Shown one piece after another: positions 29,910 through 39,957 of a DNA stretch of 64,000 nucleotides. Below the pieces are notes generated by a model. The model saw nothing but the letters and a program-made list of their open reading frames with translations, searched no databases and had not been told where the DNA came from. Location: assembly GCA_965200875.1 (NCBI GenBank), contig OZ241456.1, positions 448,001 through 512,000 of the forward strand, read 5' to 3'. How positions within the stretch are numbered: the stretch's first letter is position 1; each line of letters begins with the position of its first letter. A program made the position numbers and the translations under genes. The stretch comes from Bdellovibrionales bacterium (GTDB lineage: Bacteria > Bdellovibrionota > Bdellovibrionia > Bdellovibrionales > UBA1609).

Positions 29910-30759
29910 CCTCTTCTTCGTTTGCTGATTCATCTGTAGGAGGCTTTTTTTCTACCTTTTCCGGTTTTTTCGGTTTTTTTCCGCCTTTCAATTTTGGAAA
30001 ATGACAATCTTCCAGAATTTTCTTAAATTCGGAAAAAGGTAAAGCACCTGGTACGCTTACACCCCCGACAAGGAAACCTGGAGTACCGGAAAAGCCAAAC
30101 TTATCAGCTTCGCTTTGATCTTCTGAGATAGTGTCTCCCACAAGATTTAGGTCTTTTTCCAATTTATTCATATCCACTTTCAGCTTTTTGGCTAGCTCTT
30201 TTAGAAATTTTTCGCCACCACTTCTTAAGTTGCTTTTTCTTTTAAAAACCATATCATGAAATTCTTGGGCTTTTTTTGAGTCCTGCATTCCAACAGCTTC
30301 ATAATATTCAGCGGCTTTCAAAGAGTTAGGACCTAAGATAGGTTTATGCTTATAAAGCACTCGCACTTTATCTGGAAAAGCTTTCAGGACTTGTTTCACT
30401 GTTCCCATTGCTTTGGCACAGTATCCACATTGAAAATCAGAGTATTCCACTATAGTGATAGGGGCATTTTTGTTTCCGAAGTATACGCGGGAATCTCCTA
30501 GTTTCGGTTTTTTAGGGTTTTTACATTCTTCTTCACGCGTGGCTAATTCCTTTTCCTGTTGTTTTTTTCTTCTTTCCACCATAAATTGGCGTTGAGCTTC
30601 TGCTAAGGCTTCCATGTATTTTTCAGGATTGGCTTTAATGGATTCCGTAATGATCTCTGGGTTATCTTTTAACAGTTTTTTTAGAAAAGCCGGCCCACAG
30701 GAAGTTAAAAATGGCATTGAGAGCACGATACACAATAAATAAAAATTTACTTTTTTCAC
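29890..30759 (-). CDS. DsbA-family thioredoxin lipoprotein
   Basis: Lipobox LTSC; EYSDFQCGYC; GTP. Confidence 0.9.
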   Translation of the reverse strand: MKKVNFYLLCIVLSMPFLTSCGPAFLKKLLKDNPEIITESIKANPEKYMEALAEAQRQFMVERRKKQQEKELATREEECKNPKKPKLGDSRVYFGNKNAPITIVEYSDFQCGYCAKAMGTVKQVLKAFPDKVRVLYKHKPILGPNSLKAAEYYEAVGMQDSKKAQEFHDMVFKRKSNLRSGGEKFLKELAKKLKVDMNKLEKDLNLVGDTISEDQSEADKFGFSGTPGFLVGGVSVPGALPFSEFKKILEDCHFPKLKGGKKPKKPEKVEKKPPTDESANEEEDGADEE

Positions 30760-31054
30760 TTTTTTCTCCTTTTTTTGTTTAAAATCTTATTCTGTAAATA
30801 AAAAGATTAAAAAATCAAGTGTTTTCTAAGATATGCTTTAGTCTGTATATTTCAGTGGATTCAAAGGGTTATTATCGTGTTCCTTGATTTTACTTACAAA
30901 ATCCATTTCCTAGACAGGAAAAAGATACCCAGTGATTCCAATACCTTAAGTTTTTTATGCTTTGCATTAAACAGTAAAAAAGACGGAGAGTCTGTTCAAA
31001 GCGGTTGCCAAGGTGACTTAATCTGTAACATTCTAAAAAAAGGAGCACTCTATA

Positions 31055-32167
31055 ATGAATATAGCTGTTGTGGGTTCTACTGGCATGGTAGGTCAAAAAT
31101 TTTTGGAATTACTGGAAGAAAGAAAGTTTCCTGTAACTCAATTAAAGCTTTTTGCGAGTCAAAAAAACGAAGGCCGGAAAGTAACTTTTCAATCTAGGGA
31201 GTTTTACATAAGTTCCTTGCAGGAAGGCTGTTTTAATGGCTTGGACATTGTGTTTTTTTCTTCAGGAGAAAAAATCAGTCGGGAATGGGCACCTAAAGCT
31301 GTTAAAAGTGGTGCAAGGGTGATTGATAACTCGTCCGCTTTCAGAATGGAATCATCGATACCTTTGGTAGTGCCTGAAATTAATGCCCAAGCTATAAAAC
31401 CCTTGAAAAAAGGTGAAGGGGGAATTATCGCCAACCCCAACTGTTCCACCATTCAGCTGGTTTTGGCTTTAAAACCTCTGCATTCTCATTTTGGTTTGGA
31501 GTCGGTGTCCATTGCCTCTTATCAATCACTGAGTGGTGCGGGTCGGGAGGCTTTAAACCTTTTTCAACAGGAACTGTATGCTATGTTGGGTCTGAGAAAT
31601 GTCTTTAAAAGCAAGGATCAGAAGCTATCCGAAAATAGTGAATGTGTGAGCTACAAGGCTGACGGGAATGACAGGGCTTGGCTGAACAATATTCCATCTG
31701 ATGTAATTTCCCTTCCCTCAGATAAAAAGTCGGTGGCTTTTAACTGTATTCCACAAATAGGGAGTATAAACGAAGATGGTTTTTCCACAGAAGAGGCAAA
31801 GCTGATGCGTGAGACAAAAAAAATTCTGGCTTTGCCAAACTTAAAAGTTACTGCTACAGCCGTTAGAGTGCCTGTTTTAAATGGACATGGAGAAGCAGTA
31901 ACTGTTACATTTGCTCAACCAGTAGGTACAAAAGAAGAAGTAACAGCGGTTTTGGAAACACAAAAAGGGCTTAAAGTATTACAAGGGGAACATTTACCTC
32001 ACCAACGATTTGTGGATGGTCGGGATGATGTTTATGTGGGGCGAATCCGCGCAGTTCCTGAGGAAAAGGGAAAAAGCTGGATGATGTGGATTGTTGCGGA
32101 TAATCTAAGGAAAGGGGCGGCTTTGAATGGCCTGCAAATCGCTGAAGCTCTAATTAGTAGTCCGTGA
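31055..32167 (+). CDS. asd: Aspartate-semialdehyde dehydrogenase
   Basis: VVGSTGMVG, DNSSAFR, NPNCST, RVPV.NGH, DNLRKGAALN. Confidence 0.96.
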   Translation: MNIAVVGSTGMVGQKFLELLEERKFPVTQLKLFASQKNEGRKVTFQSREFYISSLQEGCFNGLDIVFFSSGEKISREWAPKAVKSGARVIDNSSAFRMESSIPLVVPEINAQAIKPLKKGEGGIIANPNCSTIQLVLALKPLHSHFGLESVSIASYQSLSGAGREALNLFQQELYAMLGLRNVFKSKDQKLSENSECVSYKADGNDRAWLNNIPSDVISLPSDKKSVAFNCIPQIGSINEDGFSTEEAKLMRETKKILALPNLKVTATAVRVPVLNGHGEAVTVTFAQPVGTKEEVTAVLETQKGLKVLQGEHLPHQRFVDGRDDVYVGRIRAVPEEKGKSWMMWIVADNLRKGAALNGLQIAEALISSP

Positions 32168-32212
32168 AAAAGTATGTTATTTTGACTGGATTCCCGCCTT
32201 CAAGGGACTGAA
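32157..32212. mobile_element. MITE left part overlapping the asd stop codon
   Basis: TAATTA followed by GTAGTCCGTGAAAAAGTATGTTATTTTGACTGGATTCCCGCCTTCAAGGGACTGAA. Confidence 0.8.
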
Positions 32213-32244
32213 GTCTCTATTAACTTTTAGAGAAAGGATAAAAT

Positions 32245-33198
32245 TTGATGAATGTAAAAGAAAAAAGCAACTTGAACCAAATAATTTATTTTACCTTGTT
32301 TGTTTTCCTCTTTTTTGGAGCGCAGGAGTCGGGATTTTCAGATGTCCCTCTCCCCTCTGTAACAGAGGGGGAGTCTTCTTTTTCAGCCGAGGGGGATTCC
32401 CGGAAAGAACCACCCAGGAGTGATTCTTTTTCCGCGCCTTCTGATGGTGTGACAACCAAGCCTGTTAAAATCCCTGCTAAACTTCATAAAGGAAAAAAAA
32501 CTTTTACCAAAAAATCAGAAAAACATCGTGCTAAAAAGTCCCAATCGCGCAGAAGATCTAGGAAATATCAGCCCCGTGGAAAGTCGCCAAAACCCAAAAC
32601 TCTTTCTTTGTTACAGGATCGTCAAAAACTCATTTTATTTCAATGGGTTAATGAACAGCAGATTTCCCTTCAGTGGGCTTATGCTTTTTTAAAGCAGACA
32701 GAAAAACATGCCCCAGATCTGCTAAAAGAAAAAATTGATGATTCATTTAGAAATGACATTCTTTTTTACCTGAACTTTCATCAAAATATTATTCAGTTTC
32801 CTTATGTTTTAAAGTGGGGGCTTAGGGCCAGTGCGGGAATGACCCGCAACTACAGTATAGGCAGTACTTATTTTATTCCCATGAGCTTATCTGCGACTAT
32901 CAGTCTTCAAGTTTTTGAAAAACAGATTGTTGTGCCGTTTTTTGAAATGGGATATTCCCTCTGGAGTGTTGATTTCTCTGAATCCTCTGATTTTTTCCCT
33001 TTTTGGAGCGTTGGAGCTGACATCAGCTTTTCTATTTTTAAGAGTTCTCTTCGTTATACTCTGTCGGATGAATATGGAATAGAGGATATAGGTGTGTCTT
33101 TGGAAGTAAGAAATCACTCAAGCCCTATGGATTTTCCAGACGAAAAAAGAGGGTATTTTCTGCATTCTTTGCATGCAGGCATATATTGCAAGTTTTAA
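32245..33198 (+). CDS. Hypothetical outer-membrane beta-barrel-like protein
   Basis: Signal peptide; basic low-complexity linker; aromatic beta-strands; terminal Phe. Confidence 0.55.
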   Translation: MMNVKEKSNLNQIIYFTLFVFLFFGAQESGFSDVPLPSVTEGESSFSAEGDSRKEPPRSDSFSAPSDGVTTKPVKIPAKLHKGKKTFTKKSEKHRAKKSQSRRRSRKYQPRGKSPKPKTLSLLQDRQKLILFQWVNEQQISLQWAYAFLKQTEKHAPDLLKEKIDDSFRNDILFYLNFHQNIIQFPYVLKWGLRASAGMTRNYSIGSTYFIPMSLSATISLQVFEKQIVVPFFEMGYSLWSVDFSESSDFFPFWSVGADISFSIFKSSLRYTLSDEYGIEDIGVSLEVRNHSSPMDFPDEKRGYFLHSLHAGIYCKF

Positions 33199-33262
33199 AC
33201 CCGATTTTTTGAGAATTTTATAAAAAAAATCGTAAAACCTAAGGAATTTTTTATTTTGTTTG

Positions 33263-33290
33263 TTGACTTTTTATAAATCACACATACACT
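33263..33290 (+). promoter_or_regulatory. Putative sigma70 promoter
   Basis: TTGACT-N16-TACACT upstream of 33332. Confidence 0.4.
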
Positions 33291-33331
33291 TTTATATACA
33301 GAAAAGTTACTAAACTAAGGAGTTTTAGGTT

Positions 33332-33589
33332 ATGAAATTTTTATTTTTGTTGTTTTCTTTATGTTGTGTTTTTACTTTCTTTTCCGGTTGTAACAATTCA
33401 AAATCAGGAGGATCAGCCCCTGTGCCTGCAAAAAGTGTAGAGGAGTTAAAGAAAGAAGTATTATCTAAGGCTTGTAATGAAGAAATAAAACAGGACTATG
33501 AAAATGAGTTTGCAAAAACCAGCAAATTGAGTGAAGATCAGCAGAAGAGACGTTTGCAAGCCATGTCGAAAAACATCAAGTGCGAGTAA
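33332..33589 (+). CDS. Small lipoprotein
   Basis: AAGGAG RBS; FSGC lipobox. Confidence 0.7.
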   Translation: MKFLFLLFSLCCVFTFFSGCNNSKSGGSAPVPAKSVEELKKEVLSKACNEEIKQDYENEFAKTSKLSEDQQKRRLQAMSKNIKCE

Positions 33590-33648
33590 TAGTCGTCGGG
33601 ACCTACTAAACAATAAATTAAAAAAACAATAAAAATAAGGAGGATAAT

Positions 33649-34137
33649 ATGAGATTTTTTTTAGCGGTTTTACTGTGTTTTACCGGAGGACTTTATTCTA
33701 CATTTGTTTTCGGTCAGAATGTGACGGGAACATGGACATGGGTGGGTGCAGGTTGCAGAGATCGTTCGCTAAGTGCAGACAGCCATGTTACCAAATCTAA
33801 AAGTAGAAATCCATTTCAGATAAGAGCCAGTGAATTAACATTAAACAGTGATGGTTCTGCCGCTATGACCATAGAAATGGGAGATGAGACAAAAAACGAA
33901 ACCGGTAATTACACTGTGGAAAACAACCGGGTATTAATAACTGATCCCAACAACATGCCTGAAGGTAAAGAGCAGGTTTTAATTCTGAATATTGTGGATG
34001 GAAATCTTCTTTTAGCTTTTTCCACTTTTGAAGAACTGGATACTGAAGACCAGAGTTTGGATGAAGACTATGGGCGATTAAACAGCGATATATGTGGTTC
34101 CAAAATTTATGTTTATGTATTCTCAAATGTGGACTAA
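33649..34137 (+). CDS. Secreted lipocalin-like protein
   Basis: AGGAGG RBS; signal peptide; VTGTW...LTLNSDG...GNY. Confidence 0.6.
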   Translation: MRFFLAVLLCFTGGLYSTFVFGQNVTGTWTWVGAGCRDRSLSADSHVTKSKSRNPFQIRASELTLNSDGSAAMTIEMGDETKNETGNYTVENNRVLITDPNNMPEGKEQVLILNIVDGNLLLAFSTFEELDTEDQSLDEDYGRLNSDICGSKIYVYVFSNVD

Positions 34138-34200
34138 GCTATTTAATTAGTAGTCTCAGAAAAACCTCTGATTGGTTCTTAACCATACACTTCTGGAAAA

Positions 34201-34977
34201 ATGTTCAGATTCAGGATCCTTATCAGTTACAATGGTTTAAAATATTATGGCTGGCAAAAACAAAAAAAATTGCCAACCGTTCAGGGTCAGATCGAAAAGG
34301 CTTTAAAGCAGGTTTTTCAAAAACAAATTTCCGTCTTCGGGTCTGGTCGCACTGATACAGGATCACATGCCTTGGGGCAAACCGCGCACTTTGATCTGCC
34401 AAAACCTTTATCCACCAGTATATGCCTGCAAAAAGCTTTAAATTCTTTTTTGGTCACGGAAGATATTTGCGTTCGTGAGGTGTGGAAAGCATCTCCTGAT
34501 TTTCATGCTTTGCATTCGGCTATAGGAAAATACTATGTGTATTTTATACTGTGTCGAAAGTATCCTTGTGTGTTCAGAAAAGACCAGATACATTGGTATC
34601 CTTACCCTTTGGAAATAAAAAAGCTAAATACCATAAGCCAAAGAATCACCGGCAGGCATGATTTTAAAAGTTTTCAAAATGCAGGAACTCCTGTTAAGAG
34701 CACAGTGCGGAACATAACTTTTGCGCATTGGCGCAGAGTGAAAAAAGATGTAGTGGCTTTTCATATTGCAGGTGAAGGTTTTTTGAAGCAAATGATCAGA
34801 AACTTGGTAGGAACACAACTCGAGCTTTTACGGGAAAAAGAACCTTTAAAAAAATGGGAAGAGATATTGCTTGCGAGAAAGCGAAAATCAGCTTACACCA
34901 CTGCCCCTGCTGAAGGGCTTTATCTGTACAAAGTTTTTTACCCTTTGGAACTTGAGAGGCAATGCCAAAGGATTTAA
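34201..34977 (+). CDS. truA: tRNA pseudouridine(38-40) synthase
   Basis: YGWQKQ, GSGRTDTGSHA, FLKQMIRN, APAEGL. Confidence 0.96.
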   Translation: MFRFRILISYNGLKYYGWQKQKKLPTVQGQIEKALKQVFQKQISVFGSGRTDTGSHALGQTAHFDLPKPLSTSICLQKALNSFLVTEDICVREVWKASPDFHALHSAIGKYYVYFILCRKYPCVFRKDQIHWYPYPLEIKKLNTISQRITGRHDFKSFQNAGTPVKSTVRNITFAHWRRVKKDVVAFHIAGEGFLKQMIRNLVGTQLELLREKEPLKKWEEILLARKRKSAYTTAPAEGLYLYKVFYPLELERQCQRI

Positions 34978-35047
34978 TTCGTCGATCTTGATTCTTTATC
35001 AATACCTCACCGTCAGTAGGGTGAAAACATACTTGTTTTCCACATAT

Positions 35048-36898
35048 TTATATGATTGTGGCAATAGGCATTTCAATTTCACTGGAAATATATTTTTTTA
35101 TTTTATCTGAATGCTCTGAATCCCTACCTACACCAAAATAAATAGCTTTTGGGGTCATTGTCCTTTTTAAGGTTCTTAAGCCTTCCAGCAAGTTTCCCGG
35201 CAGAATTTTAACAGTTAAAATAATATTCTTGTTTTGATAAATGGGGGCAATTTGCTGTGATACCACTCTTTGCAATGTTTCATGGAATCCATGAAGGGAG
35301 GAAGATGCCTCCTCCGCTTCCGCGTAAAACAAGATAAGCTCAAAAGAACCGGGGTGTTTTTCAGAAACAAAATTCAGTGTTTTAGAAATCAACCGTCGCA
35401 CTCTGTGTTCCCCGATACATACAATATGCTTGGGCAGGTTGTCAGGCAGTTCATCCACAGAATGGCTGAATTTCCCTAAACCCAAACGTAAATCCGTATG
35501 AGTTTCAAGACGATTTTCTAATAAACCCCATCGGTAAAATGCCATCAATATTACAGTGATTCCCATCAGAAAAGTAAACATAAACAATACTTCAGAGTTG
35601 GCGTTGGCGACTAAAAGAATAATGGCAAAACTGAGAATCAAAGTGGTTAATAACGGTGGTAAGGAGATCTTTATTCCATTTTTTAAGGGAAGAAGAAGTG
35701 GGGACAAATATTTTTTTGGGGTGGATTTTCTAAACCCTTTGTTTCTCATCAGAATAGCACCTAATGCAAAGCTGACCATGACACCCAGAAAAGCCACTTC
35801 ATACACCTTGGCGGCAATATCCACTTCCCCTGCCACTAAAGAAGATATGGACATAACGATAACCATCAGACTCAGGCATATAACTGGATACCCTTCCACC
35901 TGAGGAATAATATGGGATACTCTTTTCAGGCAGATTTGTGGAAGATTTCCGTTCTTGGCCATAGTAGTCGCCAGCCCAATAAAACCAATGAAAGCTGTGT
36001 TGGTGGCGGAGAATAAAGTCAAAGTGGCATCCACAACGATAATAGTTAGTAAAAATTTCCCACCGATTTTTTCCGCCAGCCCGGATAAAAGATAATTGAT
36101 ATTTCCTTCCACTTCGTCTGGCGTAAGAATGGTCAGGCACATAATGGAGATAACCGGTGCTGTTATGGAAACCAGAATAATGACTGCTTTATAAAGTTTT
36201 CGGACAGTGAGTAAGGTGGGATGTTCTAGGGTTTCCACAATTTGAGCGGCTGATTCAAAGCCAGTAATACCCAAGAAGGCGGCGGCGAAACCATAAGCTA
36301 GGGTCGCTCCTGTTAGAGCGCGTGGGTAGGAGGAAAAATCACCAAATTTAGAAAAGTCAATTTCTGAAAAATGGAACAAAATATAACCCAACCCCCAGAT
36401 GGAGATCAGTATCAGGAGTCCAAAATGGACTATGGAAACACCTGTTACGATTTTTGCAGGTTCTTTTATACCCTTAATATTAAGAAAGCTGAATAGTACC
36501 ACAGGAATAAAGGAAATCAATACAACAGTGGATTGATCCAACCCTCCTTCAAAAAGAGAAGAGAGGTAAAAACCTCCAGAAAGAGAGCTGACTGCCGCTG
36601 TGGCCAGATAAGACACAAAGGTTAAAGCACCCGCAAAGACAGCCGCTTGTTTGCCAACACTTCTAAAAATCATGGAATAGGCTCCGCCATTATAAGGGAT
36701 CATAGCCAAGCCTTCCTCATAAGTGCGTTTAAAAATCCACATGGCTAGGCAGGCTGTGAGAACAAACAACGGGGCAAAATATCCGACAATGGGAAATAAA
36801 ATTCCAGTGCCGTAAAACACAGAGGTTCCAATATCCGCGCCGACAACCCCGGCGGCAATTATCCAGTTTAACTCAGATTTACCTTGTTCCGGTTTCAA
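35048..36898 (-). CDS. APC-family permease with C-terminal soluble domain
   Basis: GADIGTSVFY, NGGAY, GITGFES; about 12 TM segments. Confidence 0.85.
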   Translation of the reverse strand: MKPEQGKSELNWIIAAGVVGADIGTSVFYGTGILFPIVGYFAPLFVLTACLAMWIFKRTYEEGLAMIPYNGGAYSMIFRSVGKQAAVFAGALTFVSYLATAAVSSLSGGFYLSSLFEGGLDQSTVVLISFIPVVLFSFLNIKGIKEPAKIVTGVSIVHFGLLILISIWGLGYILFHFSEIDFSKFGDFSSYPRALTGATLAYGFAAAFLGITGFESAAQIVETLEHPTLLTVRKLYKAVIILVSITAPVISIMCLTILTPDEVEGNINYLLSGLAEKIGGKFLLTIIVVDATLTLFSATNTAFIGFIGLATTMAKNGNLPQICLKRVSHIIPQVEGYPVICLSLMVIVMSISSLVAGEVDIAAKVYEVAFLGVMVSFALGAILMRNKGFRKSTPKKYLSPLLLPLKNGIKISLPPLLTTLILSFAIILLVANANSEVLFMFTFLMGITVILMAFYRWGLLENRLETHTDLRLGLGKFSHSVDELPDNLPKHIVCIGEHRVRRLISKTLNFVSEKHPGSFELILFYAEAEEASSSLHGFHETLQRVVSQQIAPIYQNKNIILTVKILPGNLLEGLRTLKRTMTPKAIYFGVGRDSEHSDKIKKYISSEIEMPIATII

Positions 36899-36919
36899 TA
36901 TTTTAGCTCCTGTTTTTGC

Positions 36920-36934
36920 TTTTTCACGGGCGAC
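36920..36934. mobile_element. MITE terminal repeat remnant
   Basis: TTTTTCACGGGCGAC followed by TAATTA. Confidence 0.6.
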
Positions 36935-36956
36935 TAATTACTTTTATTACAATTTT

Positions 36957-37430
36957 TTATTTTTTCTGCGCCAGCTTTAATATATACATGTATTCCTCTT
37001 TGGCAACAGGCATAATAGAGAGCCTCTGTCCTTTTTTTAGTAATAGCATTTTGGAAAGCACTTTTTCCTTTCTCAACTCTTTGAGGGATATCAGTTTGTT
37101 AAAAATGGATTTAAAAGCCACCTCCACGCAAAACCATCGTGGATTTTCTTTGCTGGAGGCAGGGTCATAATACTTGGATTTAGGATTGAAAGCCGTTGGG
37201 TCAGGTTGTGCTTTTTTAGAAACCTGTGCCAGACCAACTACTCCAGGTGGATTGGCGTTGGAATGGTAAAATAAAACTTCATCTCCCACCTGCATATCTT
37301 TCATCATAAAGTTTCTGGCCTGATAATTTCTTACACCATCCCAAAGGTCTTTTCCTGATTTTTTTAAATGTTGAATGGAATAGACATTTGGTTCTGATTT
37401 CATCAGCCAGTATTTTTTTATTTTTGACAT
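36957..37430 (-). CDS. EVE domain protein
   Basis: YWLMKSEP, WDGVRNYQARN, FYHSN, QRLS. Confidence 0.95.
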   Translation of the reverse strand: MSKIKKYWLMKSEPNVYSIQHLKKSGKDLWDGVRNYQARNFMMKDMQVGDEVLFYHSNANPPGVVGLAQVSKKAQPDPTAFNPKSKYYDPASSKENPRWFCVEVAFKSIFNKLISLKELRKEKVLSKMLLLKKGQRLSIMPVAKEEYMYILKLAQKK

Positions 37431-37812
37431 TTTATGTTTCTCTGGTATTCAAATTGTTTTTCTTTCTTATGTTGTTCCAGTTTGAAATTTGAGATTTTAA
37501 AACCTGATTATACAAGATACCTTTTTTAAAAGTAATAAAAAATCTTGTTTTTACGCCAAATAGAATAAAAAGAGTGCTTAAAGTCTTATTTTTTTTGATT
37601 TGCGTTTATGGATTTTCGGATTTGTTTCAGTCTCTTTAACAAGGATTTGTGTTTTGTGACAGTGGATCTTAGCAAGTTTCATCAAGATGATGTAAGTTCT
37701 TCGATTGATTTTCAGGAGTTATGGTGTTATATTTTAAAAAGGAGGCTATGATGTATTTGCGTAAATTTTTGTTAGAGGAGCAACAACAGATTTTGGCAAG
37801 TTAAATATAGTT

Positions 37813-38412
37813 ATGCGCCTTTTAAAAAAATCTTTTTTTGCACGAGAAACCACGAAAGTTGCTGAAGAACTTTTGTCTTGTATTTTGGTAAGAGTTACTA
37901 AAACCGGTAAAGTTTTAAAAGGGCGGATTGTGGAAACAGAAGCTTACTTGGGTCTTGAAGATGACTGTTGTCATAGTTTTGGAGGAAGAAGAACAGTACG
38001 TACAAAGGTGATGTATTGGTCTGGTGGTTTTGCTTACATTTACTTTACTTATGGAATGTATCATTGTTTTAATATCGTGACAGCCGGTGCTGAAGAACCG
38101 GAGGCAGTGTTAATCAGAGCTGTGGAACCCTTGGAAGGAATAGCGACAATGCAAAAAAATCGTGGACAAAAAGATATTAAAAATTTAACAAATGGTCCAG
38201 GAAAACTTTGTCAAGCCTTTGATATATGTAAAAAGTTAAATGGAAAAAGTTTGGAAAGCGATAAGCTGTATATAGAAAAAAGCAATAAAGTACTGCATAA
38301 ATATATAGAAACCAGCCCTCGTATTGGCCTTTCTGAAAATTGGTCAGCCTGTTACTGGCCACTGCGATTTTATATTAAAAATAATCCGTTTGTGTCACCC
38401 AGTAATCTATAA
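37813..38412 (+). CDS. mpg: DNA-3-methyladenine glycosylase (MPG family)
   Basis: IVETEAYLG, YGMYHCFN, AVLIRA, NGPGKL, PRIG. Confidence 0.93.
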   Translation: MRLLKKSFFARETTKVAEELLSCILVRVTKTGKVLKGRIVETEAYLGLEDDCCHSFGGRRTVRTKVMYWSGGFAYIYFTYGMYHCFNIVTAGAEEPEAVLIRAVEPLEGIATMQKNRGQKDIKNLTNGPGKLCQAFDICKKLNGKSLESDKLYIEKSNKVLHKYIETSPRIGLSENWSACYWPLRFYIKNNPFVSPSNL

Positions 38413-38473
38413 AGCCCGTGAAAAAGTATGTTTTCTTAAAGCCTTTCCTTTCCTAAGATGAGTGGGCACCTTA

Positions 38474-39049
38474 TTATTCTGTAAGGCTTCTAAGCATCCA
38501 GGCAGTTTTTTCATGTGCTTGAATGCGTTGGGTGAGTAAATCCATAGTGGCTTCATCCTCTCCCTTTTCCGCTGAAATAAAAACAGCACGGGCTGTTTTC
38601 ACTACCTGTTGATGATCAAAGTTTAAATTTTCAATCATGATCATGGCTTTTGGGACTTCTGTTTCCTCTTGTATAGAGCTTAATTCTTTAAATTGAGTGT
38701 AAGATCCTGGTGCGTACATGCCTAAGGCTCTGATTCTTTCTGCGATTATATCAATAGCTGTGGCCAATTCTGTATATTGTTCTTCAAACATAAGATGTAA
38801 TGTTCGAAACATAGGGCCTGTTACATTCCAATGATAATTATGTGTTTTAAGGTACAGGGTGTAGCTGTCTGCTAAAAGCTGGGATAAACCTTCTGCAATG
38901 AGCAGTCTTTTATGTTCTGGAATCCCAATATCAATGTCGATTTTGTTTTCCAGTTTTCCTTCTGTTTCCCGTGGTTTCTTTTTTCCGATTTTAAAAATGA
39001 CAATCTCCTTTGTAAAAAAATATTGACCTCTCTTGCATTTTACAGGCAA
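38474..39049 (-). CDS. dps: Dps DNA starvation/stationary-phase protection protein (start uncertain)
   Basis: LYLKTHNYHWNVTGP.F..LH, DIIAERI, HEKTAWML. Confidence 0.93.
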   Translation of the reverse strand: MPVKCKRGQYFFTKEIVIFKIGKKKPRETEGKLENKIDIDIGIPEHKRLLIAEGLSQLLADSYTLYLKTHNYHWNVTGPMFRTLHLMFEEQYTELATAIDIIAERIRALGMYAPGSYTQFKELSSIQEETEVPKAMIMIENLNFDHQQVVKTARAVFISAEKGEDEATMDLLTQRIQAHEKTAWMLRSLTE

Positions 39050-39117
39050 AACTAAAATACAGTCAATATCGGATATGGAAAATATTATATAGCTGAAACA
39101 CTATATAAAGCAAGAAT

Positions 39118-39957
39118 ATGAGCTATTTAGTGGATATTATTATTCCCTCTTATAACAGAAAAACCTTTCTTAAAAAGGCTATAATATCTGTGCAAAATCA
39201 AACCTTTGAAAACTGGAGACTTTGGGTGGTGGATGATAGTTCCACAGATGGAACTTCTGATATGGTTTGTTCATTTTTAGATCCGAGAATAAAAATCATT
39301 TCTCTAAAGAGCAATCAAGGGGTCAGCCGGGCACGAAACAAAGGCATTGAGCAAGGAGACGGGGAGTGGGTGGCGTTTTTGGATTCCGATGATGAATGGA
39401 AGAAAGAAAAGCTGAAAGAGCAAATAAAATATTCAGAAAAAAATCCTGAAATTCCTTTAATCCACTGTAATGAAGTCTGGATTAAAAATGAAAAAATTTT
39501 ACCACAAAAAAAACATCATAAAAAACAAGGAGGAAGGATTTTTATCCCCTCTGTTCAACTTTGTTGTATCAGTCCCTCAGCGGTTGTTTTAAAGCGCGCT
39601 CTTTTAAACGAGATAGGTTGGTTCAGAGAAGATTTTCCAGTTTGTGAGGATTATGAAATGTGGCTCAGAGTAACTTCCCGGTATTCTGTGGGATTCGTGG
39701 AAGATACATTAGTGGTCAAACACGGTGGACATGCAGATCAGCTGTCTCAAAAATATCCCGCTAAGGATTATTGGAGAATAAAGGCTCTGAAAAATTATAT
39801 AAAAGATACAAATTTGTCTCAAGAAGAAAGAACACAAGTTAAGAAAATGATTTTCCAAAAATCGCAAATTTTACTGCGTGGTTATGAAAAGCATAAAAAT
39901 TTCGAACACAAAAAAGAGGTTGAAAATATTTTAGGGCTTTTGAAAAACAATACTTAA
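39118..39957 (+). CDS. GT2 glycosyltransferase
   Basis: IIPSYN, VDDSSTD, FLDSDD, CEDY. Confidence 0.92.
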   Translation: MSYLVDIIIPSYNRKTFLKKAIISVQNQTFENWRLWVVDDSSTDGTSDMVCSFLDPRIKIISLKSNQGVSRARNKGIEQGDGEWVAFLDSDDEWKKEKLKEQIKYSEKNPEIPLIHCNEVWIKNEKILPQKKHHKKQGGRIFIPSVQLCCISPSAVVLKRALLNEIGWFREDFPVCEDYEMWLRVTSRYSVGFVEDTLVVKHGGHADQLSQKYPAKDYWRIKALKNYIKDTNLSQEERTQVKKMIFQKSQILLRGYEKHKNFEHKKEVENILGLLKNNT

